From contig OZ024740.1 in NCBI GenBank assembly GCA_964016885.1, positions 88,722,001-88,786,000 of the forward strand: a stretch of 64,000 nt of DNA, written 5' to 3'. Origin of the DNA: Eledone cirrhosa (taxonomy: Eukaryota). The notes under the pieces were generated by a model. The model saw only the letters and a program-made list of their open reading frames with translations, ran no database searches and had not been told where the DNA came from. Shown here in pieces: positions 1-14,350 of the stretch; position 1 is the stretch's first letter, and every line of letters begins with the position of its first letter. A program made the position numbers and the translations under genes.

Positions 1-644
1 TGTGATGATATATATTTATTCACTAAATCATACATTATTAAAAAAGTTATTTCTAGTTAGATTTTCATTGTATTAAGTATGTTAACATTGCATGCTTTTA
101 ACTGTGCCGAGTCTGTTAAATGCAAACATTCAGTCTTGGAATTTGGTTTGAGGATACTGTCCTTTCGTCCTCTATCAATCTTGTGTCTTTGACATGGGTC
201 ATTGACATTGCTTTTCACGCCTTAACTAACAGTATTAAAGTTCTTGGTTTATACGTAAGGCTGGTATTTCATTAAAATATTGACACATGTGCCCACGCAT
301 ACATGTGCACGCTCACCTCCACACAACCAAAATCCACTAAATCTAATGCTTATAGACGGGTGTAGGCATAGAGGTTCGGTTAGAATATTCACTTTACGTT
401 CTGATGATTTATATATTGATCGAACTGTTCTGCAATTAATGTTGATGATGTCTAATCTAGCTTTGAGTATACCATAGAACTCGAGTTTACTTGGATATTT
501 ACAGAAGCTGTACGGGTGGATTGTACCAGATTAATCATGGTTTCGTCTCCAATTGACACTACCCCACTAGAGGAATTCTTTCAGCCTTTGACTAATCCAT
601 AATCCATTCACACACAAAACGAAAGCTGAAATAAACTCATACGT

Positions 645-1000
645 ACAGAGATCAATTCACAAAACTTAATTAATCATTTGAATATTAAGGAAATATGTCA
701 TAAAAATACACACTCACAAAGAGTGACTACTTTGATGCTCGACTTGCTAGACGTAGCAGTCAAATCTCTTCTGAACAACACGATATCATTTAAGAAAAGT
801 CGAACACATGCGTGCACAGATCAATTCACAAAAGTTAATTACTCATTTGAATGTTTAGGAAATATGCCATAAATTATGATATGCACACATATACACACGT
901 GAACAACAAATAGTGACTTCTTTGTTGCTCGTCTTACTAGGAGTAGCAGTCAAATATCTTCTGAATTACACCACATCATTTAATAAAAGCAGAACACATA
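645..1000. repeat. Degenerate two-copy tandem duplication (~170-190 bp unit)
   Basis: GATCAATTCACAAAA(C/G)TTAATT..CATTTGAAT and GTAGCAGTCAAAT.TCTTCTGAA each occur twice in the same order. Confidence 0.6.
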
Positions 1001-1250
1001 CGATAACATTTGTCTTGGATCTAGTATGACAGAAAAATACCTGATAGTTCCTACTACAGTATTTTTGATTATAGATTTCTCGGATCAGGTTTTGCATGAT
1101 GTGAGTATACAGCAATTTACGTTGGCCACAATGGGCAGATTTTAGTAGAATTAATATATCTGAAGGTGTCGACAGTAACACGGTATTAATTTCTAACACA
1201 AACATTTACCTCAGTAGTTATTGAGAGAACAGTCGATTACATATATCTTA

Positions 1251-1446
1251 TAGACCTGTCAAATCTCCCCGACGGACGGGTAGATTTTCCACCCACTTTG
1301 GGTTTGGTGAGAGATGTCTTCTCTTCTAAAAATGGATATAGCTTTCATTATGTAAAATCTACACATTTTGATCATTTCTCCCCATTTTGGGGCATTTTTT
1401 TTTCATGACACTCCCCATTTGGGGTTTTAGAGGTTGGCATGGTCTG
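1251..1446. mobile_element. MITE / non-autonomous DNA transposon with 6-bp TSD
   Basis: Imperfect TIRs TAGACCTGTCAAATCTC / GAGGTTGGCATGGTCTG flanked by the direct repeat ATCTTA (1245-1250 and 1447-1452). Confidence 0.6.
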
Positions 1447-1789
1447 ATCTTATAAATTCGCTGGTATATTGTTTTCTTCATGACTGTGGATTGTTTGGAT
1501 TGTCATTCAAACCAGAAAGAAACGAAATAAATACACAGTATTTTCCCCACACTCTAATAACATTGCTAATGTTCTGCAATTTACATTGAAATAATCATTG
1601 CAAAAAGCATATATGACGAGCTTGAAGTAGCGAACGAATTTCCACCTAATAATTCTTTTCTATTTTTTCTTTCTTAATCTCTAACTATTCATGGATTCGT
1701 GGGGCCAAAGTCCGTATGGTGCTGTTTGTGCATTTATTTATATACACATTTATTTATATACACATACGTTGGTATGCCCATACCCACTC

Positions 1790-2072
1790 CTTCAGAAGAC
1801 CGGACAAATCAAACCAGACAGCACTCGCCTCCTATGTTTGGGACCTCAAAAAGAACTCTACCCCCTTCACGCTTGAATGGAAAATACTCCAGAAAGCGCG
1901 CTCTTACAACGGAGGACACAAGGGCTACGACCTTTGTATCTCAGAGAGCTATGACATTTTATTCGTCAAGGGGAAGCTATTGAACAAACTCTCTGAACAC
2001 TGCCCGAACTGCATGCACAAGAACTTTGCAACTTTCAAAAACCTTAACCCAGTGTTAATGCCCGATGGTTAA
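1790..2072 (+). pseudogene. C-terminal remnant of a Penelope-type GIY-YIG endonuclease
   Basis: TALASYVWDLK..F.LEWKILQKARSY....(C)DLCISE..IL....LLNKLSE...CMH matches the PLE endonuclease C-terminus; followed by a pLTR piece at 2270-2395. Confidence 0.7.
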
Positions 2073-2237
2073 AAACGACTTCCTTCTTTTAGCCCCTCTC
2101 CCTCCTTCACACCCCACCCCTTCTCAACCTGAAATACGGCCACTATGGTTATGTGAGTACCCCTTACCTATCTGCATTTTCTGCCTGTAGAGCTGTTTTT
2201 GTGCCTGTGTATATGCGTATATTTATGAGTCCTTATT

Positions 2238-2269
<32 letters not shown>

Positions 2270-2271
<2 letters not shown>

Positions 2272-2395
2272 GAAACACACAGATATTGTTTTTGTTTATG
2301 CCACGAAACTACGTAGTCGAGGAATTTAGGAACAGTTTAGGTATGATACATTTTATTACTAATTATATCTAAATGTTTCTTCTCTCTTCATAATG

Positions 2396-2396
<1 letters not shown>
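2270..2396 (+). mobile_element. PLE pLTR 3' piece (family O) with the 3' half of a hammerhead
   Basis: TGCCAC-GAAAC-TACGTA-GTC-GAGG; near-identical in reverse complement to 19883-19995; flanked by (TA)n. Confidence 0.7.
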
Positions 2397-2428
<32 letters not shown>

Positions 2429-2474
2429 ATGTGTTTGTATATGTATATATATATATATATGTGTGTATGTCTTT

Positions 2475-2514
<40 letters not shown>

Positions 2515-2520
2515 GTATAT

Positions 2521-2554
<34 letters not shown>

Positions 2555-2741
2555 ATAGGTGTGTGGGTGCGTGTGTGTGTGTATATATATATATGTGTGT
2601 GTATGTGTATGTGTATGTATATGTGTATAGGTTTATATATATATACTTATATATATATATATATATATACATATATATGTATATATATATGTATGTATGT
2701 GTATGTAAGTATATATGTATATATCTGTATATATGTATATA

Positions 2742-3333
2742 CCTGTCTCATGGTCGGGTCGTTGGCGACTAAACTGGCAACCCCACCAAGGTTTCTTGGT
2801 GAGGAGGGTGACTTTGGACATCCTGCAGGACTAAAAACAAAACCTGTCAAAGGGCAAAGGAGCTCTTAAGAGTCAATGGCCATCCAAAATCACCGGGAGA
2901 GATGACCCCTTTAGCCTTAGTCAAGGCAGAATTCTAGGAGAAGGAAAACTCTGATATAACACCTGCAACCCTGATGGTATCCAATGATGTTGACTTGTTC
3001 TTCTTTTTGGTAAATAGCATCTTGGTTAAGAGAGTGGGACTGGCTTTGTGCAGTGCCTTTGCTCACTATAAAAGCTTCACGGCACAGGCATTGCTTTATA
3101 TCTGGAGATCTCTCTGCACTTGTCCTCACATGGGCCCAACACTATGTGTCAATAATTGTCCTACCATGGGCCTAGCACTATGTGTCAATAATTGTCACAG
3201 GTGTAGTGTTTGTACCAGAGGTTTCAAGTCGCTGGCTGGACTAAAAAGTCACACTCGTTCAGCGCTTCGGTAGGGGTTATCCTACATGGATGTAAAGTAG
3301 TGGCCGTACTCGAAAACGAGTTGGCAGCCACCA
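2742..3333 (+). mobile_element. RTE-derived non-autonomous (bipartite) retroposon, copy 1
   Basis: 5' part has CTAGGAGAAGGAAAACTCTGA (recalled as an RTE 5' UTR motif); 3' part encodes CSVCTRGFKSLAGLKSHTR (RTE-type terminal zinc finger) and ends CTCGAAAACGAGTTGGCAGCCACCA plus microsatellite; four copies in the window. Confidence 0.65.
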
Positions 3334-3517
3334 TATATCTGTGTATATATTTATTTATTTTTATATATATATATATTTATATATATATGTATAAATGTGT
3401 GTATATATGTGTGTATGTATATGTGTATATATATTTATGTATAAATGTAGGTATGTGAATGTTTGTGTATATATGTGTGTATATATATGTGTGTATATGT
3501 ATATGTGTGTATATATA

Positions 3518-3562
<45 letters not shown>

Positions 3563-3570
3563 ACATATGT

Positions 3571-3605
<35 letters not shown>

Positions 3606-3637
3606 CATACATGTATATGTGTATATATGTATATATA

Positions 3638-3709
<72 letters not shown>

Positions 3710-3743
3710 TATGTGTATGTATGTTTATGTATGTATGTGTGTA

Positions 3744-3790
<47 letters not shown>

Positions 3791-3899
3791 ATATGTGTAT
3801 ATATATATATGTGTATATATGTATATATATGTGTATATGTGTATATATATATATATGTATGTGTGTATATATATATATGTGTGTATATGTGTATATGTG

Positions 3900-3941
<42 letters not shown>

Positions 3942-4049
3942 TGTATGTGTATATGTATATATGTATATATGTGTTTGTATATATGTATATATATATATAT
4001 ACATATATACATATATATGTATGTGTGTGTATGTGGGTGGGTGTGCGTA

Positions 4050-4365
4050 TTTGGTTTCTTCACCGGTTTCGCAGTTCTTCTGCTTTTCAAAAGTAGAATT
4101 GAGATGGAGGGACTGTGGTTTTTCTCACATCTGTGAGAAAAGCCACAGACCCTCCACCTCAATGTTACTTATGGAACCAACCAACCAACCGGAAATTAAT
4201 AAATTCTTAAATCTTAAATTTATAATTTAATTCATAATAAATTGGAGTGAAAGTAAATGTGCGTGTGTTTCTTATTGGCAACATGACCCTCCCAAAGCAT
4301 AACAATATCGGTTTCAACGCACGTTTTCAGATAAAGAATCTTGCTAAACAAATTCAGAAACGATA
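4050..4365. mobile_element. Head-to-head chimeric PLE termini: family B (minus, small hairpin) joined to family D pLTR end (plus)
   Basis: 4050-4131 matches 22936-23017; hairpin at 4098-4163; 4172-4365 matches 5042-5240. Confidence 0.7.
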
Positions 4366-4375
4366 TATATATATA

Positions 4376-5236
4376 TAACTGTAAAACTAGAAATGTAGTG
4401 TATAGCATAAGATGTACTGAAGGACAATGTAGAAACAAAAATATAATGTACATAGGTGAGACAGCTCGTAGTATAGGGGAACGAATAAATGAACACTGGC
4501 GAGACCTTCAGGATAATAAAGAATCATCTGTGCTCTACCAACATGCTAAGATAGAACACAGGGGTAGATTAGAGAACATAGAAATAAAAATAGAATCCAC
4601 ACACAGAAAAGATGCAATGTTTAGGCAAATTACAGAGGCAGTAAGCATAAAAGAATTACAACCAAAATTAAATAGAAAATATGAGTGGAACAGCAACATC
4701 ACAAATTACAATTAAGGACAAAATGAAAACACACACACACATAGAACAAACACCTTACAATTAAGGACAAAATGAAAACACACACACACATAGAACAAAC
4801 AACCAACCAACAATAAATAAATAAATAAATAAACAAATAGATAAATGAACACAAACACACACAGACACCCGGATGTGGCGCATGCGCAAACTGAGCACAC
4901 AACACACACACAGAAACAAAATGGCGTAGGATAGAAGAAAGGAAAGGCACAGAAACAAAGAAAGGAATCCACAGTCACTGAAGAGGTCACAGAGTGTGTG
5001 ACGAAAGGACTAATGACTATATATAAACAACTATCTGGTTGTGGAACCAACCAACCAACCAGAAATTTATAAGTTTGTAGATTTGTAAATTTATAAATTT
5101 ATAAATATATAATAAATTGAAGTGAAAGCAACTGGTGCGTGTGTTTCTTATTGGCAACATGACCCTCCCAAAGTATAAAAATATCGGTTTCAACACACGA
5201 TTTCAGATAAAGAATCTTGCTAAACAAATTCAGAAA

Positions 5237-5240
<4 letters not shown>
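4376..5240 (+). mobile_element. 5'-truncated Penelope-like element (family D): GIY-YIG domain, 3' UTR and pLTR
   Basis: ORF part 4376-4715 reads CKTRNVVYSIRC..C....YIGETARSIGERINEH...HAKIEH...RQITEAVSI...PKLN; both ends lie in (TA)n. Confidence 0.85.
4973..5018 (+). ncRNA. Degenerate minimal type I hammerhead (family D)
   Basis: AGTCA-CTGAAGA-G-GTCAC-agagtgt-GTGAC-GAAA-GGACTAA-TGACT: stems I and II pair; stem III and the cleavage site are imperfect. Confidence 0.5.
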
Positions 5241-5306
<66 letters not shown>

Positions 5307-5308
<2 letters not shown>

Positions 5309-5365
5309 CGAAGGAAATGTGATAAGGAACCAGGTGGACTATAACGCACCAAAGTACTCGATACT
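5307..5365 (-). mobile_element. PLE family A 3' tail fragment in (TA)n
   Basis: Same sequence as the long-arm ends of 7051-7233, 10600-10791 and 16305-16536. Confidence 0.7.
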
Positions 5366-5491
5366 ATATATATATATAAATATACACTTAAAATTTTATA
5401 TTCTACCATACTATTTCATTCTAATACCATTAGACATTTTAAAGCATTGTAAATAAAACGAGTAAATCAGACAACGTTAGAATTCCCTTCA

Positions 5492-5550
<59 letters not shown>

Positions 5551-5563
5551 TTGTGTGTGTGTC

Positions 5564-5990
5564 TAGATAAATCTACCAAAATATACGGTAGTGTCCAATT
5601 TGTATGAAGAACTCAATGTAATCCAAATATAGAAGAAATCTTGAAAAGAGAAGATGCATTCAAACATTTACGATAAAAATCTTAGAAAAACAGAATCAAG
5701 ATAAATTAATAAAAGCAATGAAATAAAAACAAAGAACAAGTTCCTTATATTAACAAATTCATCATTTTACGATCGTTTCTGGGATGTATATGTGTGTTGG
5801 TATGTATATAATATCAGAAAATTTACTGAGGACGGCATGTATATGTGAAGGTATGTATATTTGCTCTGATAATTTGTAATATTTTTACATAGATCTATAT
5901 GATATACATCCCAGAAACGATCGTAAAATGATGGATTTTTTAATAAAAGGAACTTGTTCTTTGTTTTTATTTCATTGTTTTTATTAAGTT
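5564..5990. mobile_element. PLE family C fold-back insert (diverged copy)
   Basis: Inverted arms around CTGAGGA...GAAACGATCGTA; homologous to 36732-37248. Confidence 0.7.
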
Positions 5991-6251
5991 ATATATATAT
6001 ATATTCATATCGCATCTTCATTTACCAAATTTCATTCAAAAGAAGTTTGTCACACCAAGACTATAGATGGAAGGTATATAAACATCTATGCTTTTCAAGT
6101 TATATTCTTAACTACACAACCATCCATTCCTGCAGCTATATATGTTAGGAGATATTCATCATTTGTCATGATAATAAGCATTGGATTATACGAACAATAG
6201 AATTCCATCTCGTGAGATTAACGTGTAAGAAGCAGCACATTAAACAAATTC

Positions 6252-6347
6252 TAGAGAGAGAGAGGTCGATAGATATACAGATAGATAGATAGAGAGAGAG
6301 GGGGAGAGAGAGAGAAAGATGGAGAGAGATAGAGAGAGAGGGAGAGA

Positions 6348-6383
<36 letters not shown>

Positions 6384-6402
6384 TAGATAGAGAGAGAGAG
6401 AG

Positions 6403-6490
<88 letters not shown>
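6252..6490. repeat. (GA)n microsatellite
   Basis: Direct reading. Confidence 0.95.
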
Positions 6491-6493
<3 letters not shown>

Positions 6494-6962
6494 AATAGAG
6501 AAAGAGTGAGTAAGTGAATTACTCCAAAATATTTGGCTGACACGTTATCAAACATGAAAGTATGAAATGTAAAATTTATCCCGACGGGATTTGAAAGCAG
6601 AGCGCATAAAGCCGGATTGAATGCTGCAAAGTGATCTATCTGCCGCTAACGACACTGGTAATTCCCCACCCAACAGAAACAAAGACAAACAGAAAACCTC
6701 TAATTGCTAGCTGTGATTGAAACCTAACCTGTAGATCCTGTTGACGACAATCACCACCATCACTACCTTTTGTTATTCCATTAAAACATTAAAACACTAA
6801 TGAAATAGATGAGATTTCTTCCTGCACACGTGCACATGAACTTCAGTTGATAATTTAATTGAAGATAGGTGTGCTTGATTCTGTCACATGTGGTTTTTGT
6901 AATTATACTTAAAATTAATGCGTTTTCTTATGTATATATATATATAAATATATAACACGCAG

Positions 6963-7050
<88 letters not shown>

Positions 7051-7055
<5 letters not shown>

Positions 7056-7233
7056 AACAAGTAAGACCACGACGGCTGAGCTCAAACCGTTTCGACAGCA
7101 GAATTAGCCGTCGAAACGGCTTGAGCTCAGCCGTCGGGGTCTTACTTGTTCCTATTACCCACTCTACTACCCTAAGTATTGAGTACTTTGGTGCGTTATG
7201 GTCCACCTGGTTCCTTACCACTTTTCTTTCGTT
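7051..7233. mobile_element. PLE family A fold-back insert
   Basis: 49-bp inverted arms 7051-7099 / 7107-7155 plus a 78-bp tail; contains the hammerhead 3' half GAAAC-GGCTTGAGCTCAGCC-GTC-GGGG; (TA)n on both sides. Confidence 0.8.
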
Positions 7234-7592
7234 ATATATATATATATATATGTATATATACACAGACATTATAAACAAAGCAGTTTACTGAAGAAGAATT
7301 GGTGAAATCTTTGAAGTGAAATGTTTGCGTTCGAACACAAATAACCGTCATAATAGTCACCTAAAAACGAATAAAAACATTTATGGAAAGATAAGCAATC
7401 GATCAACGCATCCTGTGGCCGTTTTACAAGCGCTTTAACAACTATGCTAATCTGTCGCTGGCCAACATTAAAGTATTTTTTAAAGAATTTAATCCACTTG
7501 CTAGAAGTGTAAGCAAAGTGGTTTACTTAAGAATCTACTTTACTCGATGTGCTCAATATGTATAGTGATCGATTGTTATTATAGTCATTCGC

Positions 7593-7818
7593 CTTGGAAA
7601 ACACAATTCCCATTTCAAAATTTGTCAATGCTTTTTAAGTATGAAGTAGCTTTATCTACACCTCTATCTACAAAAATAAATTTGTCTCTAAAGACGTATT
7701 TGGTGTCACGCAGCGCTTTAGCGACGTTGTTAACTCTCTCTTCAGACGTCGAAGAGAGGTCTTGTTCAATGACATGCAGGTATCTCTGTCCACATCTTCT
7801 CCAGTAGTATTTGAAACT
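7593..7818 (-). pseudogene. Candidate captured coding fragment of unknown family between 32-bp direct repeats
   Basis: Open frame SFKYYWRRCGQRYLHVIEQDLSSTSEERVNNVAKALRDTKYVFRDKFIFVDRGVDKATSYLKSIDKF* (stop 7615-7617); flanks 7561-7592 and 7819-7850 are 27/32 identical. Confidence 0.4.
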
Positions 7819-8314
7819 TATAGTGATTGTTTATTATTATGGTCATTTGCATTTCAAATTTCATATTTACTAAATTAATGACAATTTCTGTCCGTCTGTG
7901 TATCTGTGTATCTGTGTATTTGTGCGTCTGTGTAATCTGTGTATAACCAGTTGGTGCCTACACCAGTGATCTGATCCTCATGAAACTTTACACACATTTT
8001 AAGCTAATATTCAGAAACAGGACTGGTGAATTGGATTAAAATAAAAATCAATAATGGAAGACCTGGAGATATCTTTTCAATGGAGGAGGAAAGAGAAGAC
8101 GTCTCAATGAGAGACGAGGAAGAGGCGATACTACTACGGTATGTTAAACCCTCCCTCCCACTACTCCCCTTCCTCCTCTCACAACTCAGTCCTCCAAAAT
8201 GAGGCAACAACTTATTAGAAATATACATAAAGAAATTTCAAACAAAGCCGACTGAACAGATGTCTCTGTATACATACATAAACACACACACACACACACA
8301 CACACATACACACA

Positions 8315-8411
<97 letters not shown>

Positions 8412-9174
8412 TTTGAACACGTGCACACGCTTAGGTTACATTAATGTCAACTGCAGGAATCGGTGATAAGTAACAAAGAAGTGTGATGATCAATGACCTG
8501 GAAGTTGGCATACCCATGAGTTTAGTCCGAAGAATAAAATCCAAATCGTATGTTGACGAATATTCGTACTCCCGGCATGTTAATTTCTAGGTGTCGGATC
8601 GTGAGAAGATTAACAAGGAAGAAGAAGAAGAGGTAATTTCTTCCCCATTGTTGACACTGTGCAATAATGAATGTTACAAGGTCCTCTTTAGGGCCAACAC
8701 TTCCGATTGTTTATCCGACTCATAATGGTGTGTTATCTCGGGTTATGGCTACTATAGGGGGAAAACAGGATGGTTTTATTGAATTGCTTCAGTCATTCGA
8801 TGGTCTTTACAAACGATGATATCCAGTTCCTTGAACAGTACTTGAATATGTTCGCTCAGTTATAATTTCTTCAATAATTACAATGACTTCCTCAATTGTT
8901 ATGTGTTTGTACTTGAGCGCTAAGGCAGTACGTTTGCTATCCTTATACATACGTTTGTTGAATAAGTTCGATACTCTTCGAGCTCAAACTTCCCTGGCTT
9001 ATTCACTCTGAATGAAGAAAGCTGGGTGGAAGAAGGATTTATGACTTAAACAGCTATTGATAGTTCTACACAAAAAGTTGATCTGCCATAAACATACCTT
9101 GCAAAGGTTGCTAGTATTGGCACCCAGTGTCGCTAGCATATTCAGGCGCACTCTGGTAACTTCTAATAAGCCCA

Positions 9175-9330
9175 CCTTTCCCGGGTCAACAATTTCAGGG
9201 GAGGGGAAAGTTGATTAAATGGACCCCAGTGCGTTACTAGTATTTTATTTTATCGACCCCGTAAGGATGAAAGGTAAAGCTAACCTCGACAGGAATTGAA
9301 CTCAGAATGTAAAGAGCCGTAACAATATAT
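9175..9330 (-). mobile_element. tRNA-derived SINE (Meta-domain-like)
   Basis: Reverse strand shows the B-box GAGTTCAATTCC then CTTTCATCCTTACGGGGTCGATAAAATAAA; related copies near 6540-6660, 9955-10130, 16860-16975, 21550-21690, 48790-48940 and 49470-49590. Confidence 0.7.
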
Positions 9331-9628
9331 CGCATTATAATAAAGAATGTCTTAGGTAGTTTCCACGAGATTTCGTAGTCGCTAAAACAGTCCATTTACA
9401 ATATGCAATCTCTGTAATGTACGGAGAGATTACCGAATACACAGATACATAGAAACATATATACATGTACACATATATACACACATACAAATACATATAT
9501 ACATAATACATACAAACACATACGCAAACAGATATATATATATATTTTTATATATATATATAGTAATAATATATATATATATATATATAGTAATAATATC
9601 TTTGCTTAAACTTTAATCTGTTATTTTA

Positions 9629-9717
<89 letters not shown>

Positions 9718-9954
9718 TATTATATATATTTATATATATGTGGTGTTTGTGTATATATATAAGGTTTTATACATTATCGAGTGCTTGGCTGCACTTCTGA
9801 TTGCATTCGTTGGCTTAGCTGCGGCTCGAACTTCGAATATGCTGTACTTCCATTTGTATTACTATCTCCTAGACCTAATGATTAATTGATTAATTTAATT
9901 AGACAATTCTATTGATTGGTTAATTATTTGTTTGTTTAATAACTGTTTCTATTT

Positions 9955-10130
9955 TAGGCACAAGACCAGCAATTACCTGGTACATTACTGGTACTTTATT
10001 TTATCGACCCCGTAGGATGAAAGGCAAAGTTAACCTGGGCGGGATTTGAACTCACATCATAAAGGGACGTAACTCTATGCTTCAAAGCATGGTGTCCGAT
10101 TCTCTACCGATACTGCCAATCCACCGCCCT
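9955..10130 (-). mobile_element. SINE, same family
   Basis: GGTACTTTATTTTATCGACCCCGTAGGATGAAAGGCAAAGTTAACCTGGGCGGGATTTGAACTC. Confidence 0.7.
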
Positions 10131-10434
10131 CGTCTGTTTAATAACGATCTGGTTGAGTGCTTAATTCAGTTTGTGTACGGAACTTATTCCATTGGTCATA
10201 ATTTGAATTTGACAGCCAATAACCGGGTGTTAGCTCACTTTGGAGAAGCATGTGTTCACTCACAACCGGCCTGGCGTTTCAACAGAAGCCTGTTGAGAAA
10301 GTAAATCCTCTGTTCGATCTTCCAGAATCCACAACTTGCATACACTGCAAGCGGAATTTTTAGATTTCGGATTTACGACACCTTACTGAGATATTGCAAA
10401 ATTACGAAGTGATGGTCCAGGTTTGTTATATATG

Positions 10435-10791
<357 letters not shown>

Positions 10792-10829
10792 CATATATAT
10801 ATATATATATCTATATGTGTATTTTTTCT

Positions 10830-10998
10830 TACGAGTCAGTTCTTTCGTTGCTGAATTACCGGTCGCTATCTTCAATTTCCAAAGCTCTTTAAACGGTATG
10901 TTATTACTCTAAGGTTTTTTTACCTTATCGAGTGCTTGGCTGCACTTCTGATTGCATTCGCCCGCTAAGCGGACGAATGCAATCAGAAGTGCAGCCAA

Positions 10999-11001
<3 letters not shown>
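10830..11001. mobile_element. Fold-back insert (family G)
   Basis: 28-bp perfect inverted arms TGCTTGGCTGCACTTCTGATTGCATTCG (10933-11001); second copy at 9761-9830. Confidence 0.6.
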
Positions 11002-11032
<31 letters not shown>

Positions 11033-12459
11033 ATAATAATAAATTTGAAGACTAAAATCCAAAGAGGGCTCGATAAGGGTGAAAGCAGCGATTCTTTGTT
11101 TAAACTTTAATATGTTATTTTAATAAATATATATATATATATATATGGATGTATCATGAGCTGTTTAGCGACTACGAAAGCGTGCGGAAACTACCGAAGT
11201 CGTTGTTCATGATTTACATAGGAACCTATGTACTTAAGATGAAGATAGTCTGTAAATAAGATAAGAATGAATAAAATAGTAAACATAAGTTAACCACAAT
11301 ATACAATTGTACTTATGTCCCATAATTATAAATCGTTATTATAAGCATATAAGTTTGGTTGACTTGGAACATACATGAGTGCATAAACACACGCATAAAC
11401 ATTGGTATATTAGATACATATAAATACATATAAATTCACGCACTTACATGAGTGCATACATACATGCACATGCATAGAAATATGTACATATACATACATA
11501 TAAATACATACACATTTACACACATGCATGAGTGCATACATACATATATAGATTAACATACATATACTACACACACAGGCACACACATGCATACATACCT
11601 AAGTACATACATAGATACATACATGTACATATATACATATACACATCTACATACATACGCACTTGCACTCAAACAAACATACACACATATATACATACAT
11701 ACACACATACATTGATTCCTACACACAACATTTTCGTATAGTGTATATCTCGCTATATAAAATTCTTTGTCTCTCTGTTCGTCTGTTTGTCTGCATGTAA
11801 TTTTTATTTTCATATTTTCATTTGGATTAAAACACTATAAGATTTTATTTAAAATAATATTTTATAGTCAACTATAGTAAACCACGACAACGATGACGAC
11901 GATGACTCACATTTTGTATATGAGTGTGTATGTGTATGTGTGTTTGTGCGTTCGTTATGTATGTTAGGCTTCAGAGAATTAAACACTCACACATCTACAC
12001 ATATATACACAATGTGTGTGAGTGTATGTGAGAGTGTAAACGTCACATTTTCTATGTGTATGTGTCTGTCTTAGTATATGTATGTGAATATATGTTAGAA
12101 TGTATGTGTGTGTGTGTGAGTGTATTTGAGACTATATGTGTGTGTGAGTGTATGTGTGTTGACTCACATAACCATATTTTCTTTAGTCAACTATAGTAAA
12201 CCACCACGGCAACGTCACATTTTGTATATGAGTGTGCACACAGACAATTAAACACACACACATCTACACATAGAGATACATATGTGATGAGAGACAGGTG
12301 TGCGTGAATGTATGTCTGAGTGTGTCTGTCTTAGTACATGTGTGTGAGTGTATGAGAATGTGTGTGAGTGTATGTGAGAGTGTATGTGTGTGAGTGTATG
12401 TGTGATAAATTTTATTTTCATTGGGATTAAAACAATAGGACGACACATTTTGGTTTAGG

Positions 12460-13937
<1,478 letters not shown>

Positions 13938-13939
13938 AT

Positions 13940-14350
13940 TTAAAGAAAGAAGAGTAACATGGTTGGCTGTACAATAAGGGCTTTATTTAAAATACTGACA
14001 ATTGTTTCGTTGATCAGGTGTATCTAGAGATCGCTAATCGCTTGAGGTTGCGTCAAACGATTTCAAATACATTGTTTACCACTGGTCAACACATCAGAGC
14101 ACGTAGATATCTACGTTGATAAATAAAGCACAGTAAATCACTGGGGTAATTGCTGGCCTTATACAGCCAACCATGTTACTTTTCTTTCTTTAACTATTAT
14201 TACTCCAAGTATAACCTGCATAGACATTAACGCGAGCTCGCTGCATAACTATGGAAACATCTTGTTGAGTCAAACAAAGCCGTACGTTAAAACTATCCAC
14301 AACGTGGAGTACTCTAACTGGTTTACCTATGACGATAACTTGTTATCCCA
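13940..14350. mobile_element. PLE fold-back insert (family H)
   Basis: Inverted repeats 13940-13981 / 14156-14192, long tail to 14350; (TA)n on both sides. Confidence 0.75.
13994..14100 (-). ncRNA. Type I hammerhead (family H), A9 mutated
   Basis: GCT-CTGATGT-GTTGACCAG...CTGATCAAC-GAAAC-AATT-GTC-AGT; palindromic stem III ACAATTGT. Confidence 0.65.

Noticed and set aside
460-600. Short minus-strand frame with faint cadherin-like residues
   Set aside because: Bounded by stops, no clear splice sites, conserved cadherin motifs absent.
2742-2960. HDV-like ribozyme in the RTE-derived 5' region
   Set aside because: Known for RTE 5' UTRs, but I could not build the nested double pseudoknot by eye; needs a motif search.
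8440-9100. Complex sequence resembling decayed coding DNA
   Set aside because: Stops in the frames I read and no motif I can assign.
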